A stretch of DNA of 64,000 nt from Candidatus Melainabacteria bacterium. Its GTDB lineage: Bacteria > Cyanobacteriota > Vampirovibrionia > Caenarcaniphilales > Caenarcanaceae. Numbering within the stretch: the stretch's first letter is position 1; the number at the start of each line of letters is the position of its first letter. The notes beneath the pieces were generated by a model. It saw only the letters and a list, made by a program, of their open reading frames with translations, made no database searches and was not told where the DNA came from. Shown here one piece after another: positions 59,526 through 64,000 of the stretch. Location of the stretch: assembly GCA_005110395.1 (NCBI GenBank), contig DUDU01000040.1, forward strand, positions 4,153-68,152, written 5' to 3'. A program made the translations under genes and the position numbers.

Positions 59526-61340
59526 ATGAAATTAACCCCTGAACAAAAGGCCATTATTAATTCGAAGGGCAATATAAAAATTAATGCCGTGGCTGGCTCA
59601 GGAAAGACTACAACTATTATTGAATATGCAAAAAGTAGACCTCGCAATGCAAAGATACTTTATTTGGCATTCAATCGTTCGGTTAGGTTGGAAGCTATCA
59701 AGCGATTCTCGGAGCAAGGCTTAAACAATGTAAGCGTCGAAACAGCTCATTCATTGGCGTACAAACAAATTGTTTATCAAAATGATTATCAAGTTCGTCC
59801 TCAAGGATATAAAACTCATGAAATCGTTGAGATTATGGGACTGAAAGGCAATGGTGAAAAGCATACTGAGTATATAGTTGCCAATCATATCAATAAATGC
59901 ATTAGCTACTATTGCAATAGTGATAAACAAAAAGTACAAGATTTAAATTATCTCGATTTAATCACTGATAGCAAGGCAAAAGCCTTTGTAAGACCGATTC
60001 AAGAATATATTATTCAGCAGACTAGATTGTTTCTTCACAAAATGAATAAAGGTGAAATAGAAATAATTCACGATTTTTATCTCAAAAAATTCCAATTAGC
60101 CAATCCTAAACTTACTTTTGATTATATTCTCTTTGATGAGGCTCAAGACGCTTCTCCTGCAATGTTAGATATATTCCTGAAACAAAATGCAACTAAAGTA
60201 ATAGTAGGAGATACTCATCAGCAAATATATGGTTGGCGCATGGCAGTAAATTCGCTCGAAAAAACTGATTTCAAAACTTATAATCTTTCTACGAGTTTTC
60301 GCTTTAGCCAAGATATTGCAAATCTCGCCACTAAAATACTTGATTGGAAACATATTATTACTGAGCATGAAACAGTAATAATAGCTGGAAAAAATAATAC
60401 TAAAACAGACAAAATAAAAACTAAAGCTATACTTGCCCGAACAAATCTAGGATTGCTTTTACGTACAATTGAATATATTACTCAAAACAAGAATGCAAAA
60501 AAGATTTACTTTGAAGGAAATATTAATTCATATACTTATGCTGATGACGGTACTTCGCTTTATGATGTTTTGAATTTATATACTGGAAAACGAAAACTCA
60601 TCAGAGATAAACTATTGAAGGGCATGCGCGATACTACCGAGCTAGATGAATACATCAATAAAACTGAAGATGTTCAATTGGGCATGATGGTGGAAATTAT
60701 CAAAGAATACGGAGACAGTATTCCTGGCATAATCAAAATGATCAAAGAAAAACATATTGATGATAATGATAAAAATAAAGCCGAAATAATTTTCTCAACT
60801 GTTCACCGCTGCAAAGGCATGGAATATGATTCAATTGAATTGGTAAACGATTTTATGACTAAAGAGAGATTAGAAAAAATTAAAGCCGATCCAAAAGAAA
60901 AATTTGATATATCTAAACTAAGTGAAGAAATTAATCTTTTATATGTAGCAATTACTCGTACTAAAGATACTATTTATATTCCTGAATCCCTTTTACCAAT
61001 TGGATTTCCAAGCTCATCTCAAATCCACGGTTTAAAGGTTGCAAAAAAAGAAAAATCTAATAATGATTCAAACTTATCTAATAAAAAAACCTTTGATACT
61101 CAAGACAAAAAAGAAAAACCAGTCAGAGTAATTGGTAGGAAAAGAAACCATACACTTGATGAGAAAAGAGAAACTAAGGCTGATGCTTATAAACCCTGGA
61201 CAGAAGAACAAGATCAATTATTAAAGAGAATGTGTTGTGAAAATGTTGAGCTCAGAAAAATAGCACTTCACTTTGGACGTACTCAAGGTTCTATCAGTGC
61301 AAGACTAAAAAAACTAGATCTCGAAAATATATATGGATAA
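59526..61340 (+). CDS. UvrD/Rep-like superfamily-1 helicase with a basic linker and a C-terminal Myb/SANT-like HTH
   Basis: Walker A AVAGSGKTTTI, Walker B ILFDEAQD, GDTHQQIYGWR, a LSTSFRF-type motif IV, TVHRCKGMEYDSIEL and LLYVAITRTKDTIYI. The tail PWTEEQDQLLKRMCCENVELRKIALHFGRTQGSISARLKKL has a W-x-x-E-x-D ... GRT ... R pattern. Confidence 0.8.
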   Translation: MKLTPEQKAIINSKGNIKINAVAGSGKTTTIIEYAKSRPRNAKILYLAFNRSVRLEAIKRFSEQGLNNVSVETAHSLAYKQIVYQNDYQVRPQGYKTHEIVEIMGLKGNGEKHTEYIVANHINKCISYYCNSDKQKVQDLNYLDLITDSKAKAFVRPIQEYIIQQTRLFLHKMNKGEIEIIHDFYLKKFQLANPKLTFDYILFDEAQDASPAMLDIFLKQNATKVIVGDTHQQIYGWRMAVNSLEKTDFKTYNLSTSFRFSQDIANLATKILDWKHIITEHETVIIAGKNNTKTDKIKTKAILARTNLGLLLRTIEYITQNKNAKKIYFEGNINSYTYADDGTSLYDVLNLYTGKRKLIRDKLLKGMRDTTELDEYINKTEDVQLGMMVEIIKEYGDSIPGIIKMIKEKHIDDNDKNKAEIIFSTVHRCKGMEYDSIELVNDFMTKERLEKIKADPKEKFDISKLSEEINLLYVAITRTKDTIYIPESLLPIGFPSSSQIHGLKVAKKEKSNNDSNLSNKKTFDTQDKKEKPVRVIGRKRNHTLDEKRETKADAYKPWTEEQDQLLKRMCCENVELRKIALHFGRTQGSISARLKKLDLENIYG

Positions 61341-61902
61341 GAAATTAACATTTTTGGAATTACCTGAAGACTTACCGATACCCCATGATGATGGAGCTTG
61401 TAATCACCTATTGGGATTATCTATTCCAAAAATATTACTTCGAGCAACAAATAATGAATTGGTTAACCTGAGTGAATTAGATGGATGCTTAGTTGTTTAT
61501 TGCTATCCAATGACTGGTAGGCCTGACAAGAATCTTCCTGATGGTTGGAATGAAATACCTGGAGCAAGAGGCTGTACACCGCAATCTTGTTCTTTTCGCG
61601 ACCATTATCATGAATTGCAAGCTTTAAATACTAAAGTTTTTGGATTAAGTACTCAATCTAGCGAATATCAAAAGGAAGCTAAAACACGACTTCATTTACC
61701 TTTTGATTTATTAAGTGATTTAGAGCTGCAATTCACTAATGCTTTGAAATTACCATCTCTATTTATAGATAATATGACATTGGTAAAACGAATTACTATT
61801 ATTTTTGAGAATGGAAAGATCACAAAGTTTTTTTATCCAGTTTTTCCGCCCGATAAAAACATCGATCAAGTTCTTCACTGGCTTAAGACAAACAACAAAT
61901 AA
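61333..61902 (+). CDS. thioredoxin-fold peroxiredoxin-like (AhpC/TSA/Bcp-type) protein
   Basis: VVYCYPMTGRP...GARGCTPQSCSFRDHYHELQALNTKVFGLSTQS has the peroxidatic Cys context T-P-x-x-C. Its ATG overlaps the helicase stop by 8 nt. Confidence 0.7.
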   Translation: MDKKLTFLELPEDLPIPHDDGACNHLLGLSIPKILLRATNNELVNLSELDGCLVVYCYPMTGRPDKNLPDGWNEIPGARGCTPQSCSFRDHYHELQALNTKVFGLSTQSSEYQKEAKTRLHLPFDLLSDLELQFTNALKLPSLFIDNMTLVKRITIIFENGKITKFFYPVFPPDKNIDQVLHWLKTNNK

Positions 61903-61940
61903 ACTATTTAAACAATCAGAAATTTCATTCGGATAAATAC

Positions 61941-62942
61941 TTAATCAGTTAAATACCTTGCAATATCTTTAGCAAAATAAGTAATTATTCCGCTAGCACC
62001 CGCCCTCTTGAAAGCAATCATACTCTCTAATACTATTTGCTTTTCATTAAGCCAACCATTTTGTGCTGCTGCTTTTATCATTGAATATTCACCAGAAACC
62101 GAATAAACAATAATAGGCAAAGTAGTAATCTGAGATGCGCGGTAAACAATATCCAAATAAGCTAAGCCAGGTTTTACCATTACCATATCAGCACCTTCGG
62201 CTTCATCATGCAATATCTCTTTTTCGGCTTCTTTGGCATTTGCAATATCCATTTGATAAGTTTTTTTATCACCAAATTGCAAATTAGAATTTAAATGTGA
62301 ATTCAGTGCATCACGAAATGGACCATAAAAACTAGAAGCATATTTAGCAGAGTATGAAAGTATTAATGTATCTTGAAAACCAGCTTTATCTAGAGCTTGT
62401 CTAATCGAATATACTCGTCCATCCATCATGTCAGAAGGCGCAACTATATCAGCTCCCGCCTCAGCTTGGACAATTGCCATTTTGCATAAAATCTCTACTG
62501 TTTGATCGTTGAGTATATTTCCTTTTGAGTCGCATATTCCATCATGCCCATGAATTGTATATGGGTCCAGTGCTATGTCAGTAATAAGACAAATTTCAGG
62601 AAAATTATTTTTGATTTCCTTTATAGCTGTTTGAGTCAGTCCATTCGGATTATAGGCTTCATCAGCAGACTCAGATTTGTTTTCATTAGGTATAACCGGA
62701 AAAATTGCTATGTGTTGAATGCCTAATTTTACTGCTTCAGCAATTTCCTTTAAAAGCAGATCAATTGTGAGCCTAAAACATCCAGGCATAGAAGCAATTT
62801 CAATTTTTTGATTATGACCTTCTATTATGAAAAGTGGGTAAATCAAGTCCTGAATGGAAAGATGATTTTCACGAACCAGATTTCGAAACGCATTGTTGTT
62901 TCTGGTGCGACGTGCTCTGTGTAAGGGAAATGAAGAGTACAT
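61941..62942 (-). CDS. hemB: porphobilinogen synthase (delta-aminolevulinate dehydratase)
   Basis: RRTRNNNAFRNLVRE, YPLFI, DIALDPYT, APSDMMDGRV, SYSAKYASSFYGPFRDA and VKPGLAYLDI. Confidence 0.93.
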   Translation of the reverse strand: MYSSFPLHRARRTRNNNAFRNLVRENHLSIQDLIYPLFIIEGHNQKIEIASMPGCFRLTIDLLLKEIAEAVKLGIQHIAIFPVIPNENKSESADEAYNPNGLTQTAIKEIKNNFPEICLITDIALDPYTIHGHDGICDSKGNILNDQTVEILCKMAIVQAEAGADIVAPSDMMDGRVYSIRQALDKAGFQDTLILSYSAKYASSFYGPFRDALNSHLNSNLQFGDKKTYQMDIANAKEAEKEILHDEAEGADMVMVKPGLAYLDIVYRASQITTLPIIVYSVSGEYSMIKAAAQNGWLNEKQIVLESMIAFKRAGASGIITYFAKDIARYLTD

Positions 62943-63538
62943 TACAATTTTAAAAATCGTTCGGACAGGGGCTTAGCTTGGGGCGGCAAAACGCATTTAG
63001 ATTTATAATCAACAAATTGAGATTGTAATTTTTTATAAACTAATTCAAATACTTGGATTTCACTCATTCCATGACCCCAAACTTTAGTTTCAAAAGCACA
63101 TCCTTCATAAGGCTCTTCCTTAGCTACTCTTGCACTACCTTTACAATCAAGTTCTCCTTTGATTTTCATCCCAATATAAGCTTGACAATTTTTCTTACGT
63201 CTTGAACCTGTTTCTATTTCTTTAAGAGTTTGATTTAATTCAATAACGCCATATCCTTTATCGGTTTTGAAAACATAAAATTTATTCGACAAATGATATT
63301 CCTTTAAAACTGCACCAATACTTTCGCCCTCGCACTTTTCTCTTGGGACATCATAGAAATCGCTGTCATCAAGCGTAATGCCACCCCAACCAAAACCTGG
63401 TTTTACTGGTTTTGATTGAACATCAACTAAATTAGGATCAGTGGTTTGAGTCAGAATATCAGCATTTAATGAAAGGCTTTGAGATGAAAGCAAAAACAAG
63501 CCAAAGATAAAAGTCAAACGGAAAAAAAAATTTGTCAT
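62942..63538 (-). CDS. secreted hypothetical protein
   Basis: 198-aa ORF with a signal peptide (FRLTFIFGLFLLSSQSLSLNA). Its stop overlaps the hemB start by 1 nt, which suggests co-transcription. No family recognised. Confidence 0.5.
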   Translation of the reverse strand: MTNFFFRLTFIFGLFLLSSQSLSLNADILTQTTDPNLVDVQSKPVKPGFGWGGITLDDSDFYDVPREKCEGESIGAVLKEYHLSNKFYVFKTDKGYGVIELNQTLKEIETGSRRKKNCQAYIGMKIKGELDCKGSARVAKEEPYEGCAFETKVWGHGMSEIQVFELVYKKLQSQFVDYKSKCVLPPQAKPLSERFLKL

Positions 63539-63769
63539 ATTTATTGAACTTTGTTAGTTGAATTACTTGCCAGAGAATCTACTTACCAGCGATATAGAGT
63601 AAGTGTAATTTTTGAAAATCAATAATGGATAGATTTGATTATAAATCTAGTTGCTAAACATGAGTGAGAGTTTTTATTAAATAAAATTACGCAGTTGATA
63701 TTGCTCATGATAAACTCTTGCTTTAATTTTTTAATTTTATAGAGTTTCACAAAAATCGAGTTTAGAGAA

Positions 63770-64000
63770 ATGAAAACAGGCATTCATCCAAATTTAAAAT
63801 TAGCCAAAGTTATTTGTACTGGCTGCGGAAATGAATTTGAGACCTTATCAGTCAAAGAGACTATTACAGTTAGTATTTGCAGTAATTGTCATCCTTTTTT
63901 CACTGGCACCAAGAAATTATTAGATACTGAAGGTCGTGTTCAAAAATTTGAAAGACGCTACAACCAACAATCAGGCCAGCAACAAAATAAGAAAAAAGAA
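63770..64000 (+). CDS. rpmE: 50S ribosomal protein L31 (3' end runs off the window)
   Basis: [27 protein letters not shown]...[29 protein letters not shown]. The CxxC...CxxC zinc-ribbon form is present. No stop occurs before position 64000. Confidence 0.88.
   Translation, partial: MKTGIHPNLKLAKVICTGCGNEFETLSVKETITVSICSNCHPFFTGTKKLLDTEGRVQKFERRYNQQSGQQQNKKKE

Overview
This is a 64-kb window of a visibly AT-rich bacterial chromosome; base composition was judged by eye, not computed. The standard code applies: TAA, TAG and TGA all terminate well-conserved genes. No rRNA, tRNA or CRISPR array was recognised. The backbone is housekeeping: ispD, pyrF, a DegT-type aminotransferase, an ABC1/UbiB kinase, gdhA, folE, an ECF sigma/anti-sigma pair, a Skp-like chaperone, mreB, groES-groEL, purM, cobB, an MqnE-like radical SAM enzyme, a processive GT2, pyk, ald, pheS, hemB and the start of rpmE. 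Skp, a lipobox lipoprotein and a Tic20-like protein suggest a diderm. The GroEL N-terminus looks cyanobacteria-like, which is only a low-confidence hint of a non-photosynthetic cyanobacterial relative. Accessory material is inserted at several points. (1) A degraded IS630-like element lies next to a secreted Cys-rich protein (3.3-5.7 kb). (2) A single-polypeptide type IIG restriction-modification gene sits beside the last ~70 codons of a trans-sulfuration gene (8.5-12.3 kb). (3) A class II Fic gene lies at 17.6-19.0 kb. (4) The most interesting region is an island of about 10 kb between mreB and groEL (27.6-38.0 kb). It contains integrase and IS remnants and a co-directional cassette of a frameshifted patatin-like phospholipase, an SGNH hydrolase and a 975-aa polytopic pentapeptide-repeat protein. 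A Cas4-like PD-(D/E)XK nuclease and an AlbA_2/Schlafen-domain protein follow. (5) An operon of unknowns carries a single in-frame TAA and a kinase-like small protein (44.5-47.4 kb). (6) An Abi_C gene and an SF1 helicase with a Myb-like tail flank pheS (57.3-61.9 kb). A family of ~80-bp GC-rich nested-hairpin repeats is dispersed in the window, and one copy sits in frame inside the restriction-modification gene. All functional calls rest on motifs read from the translations. No database search was run.
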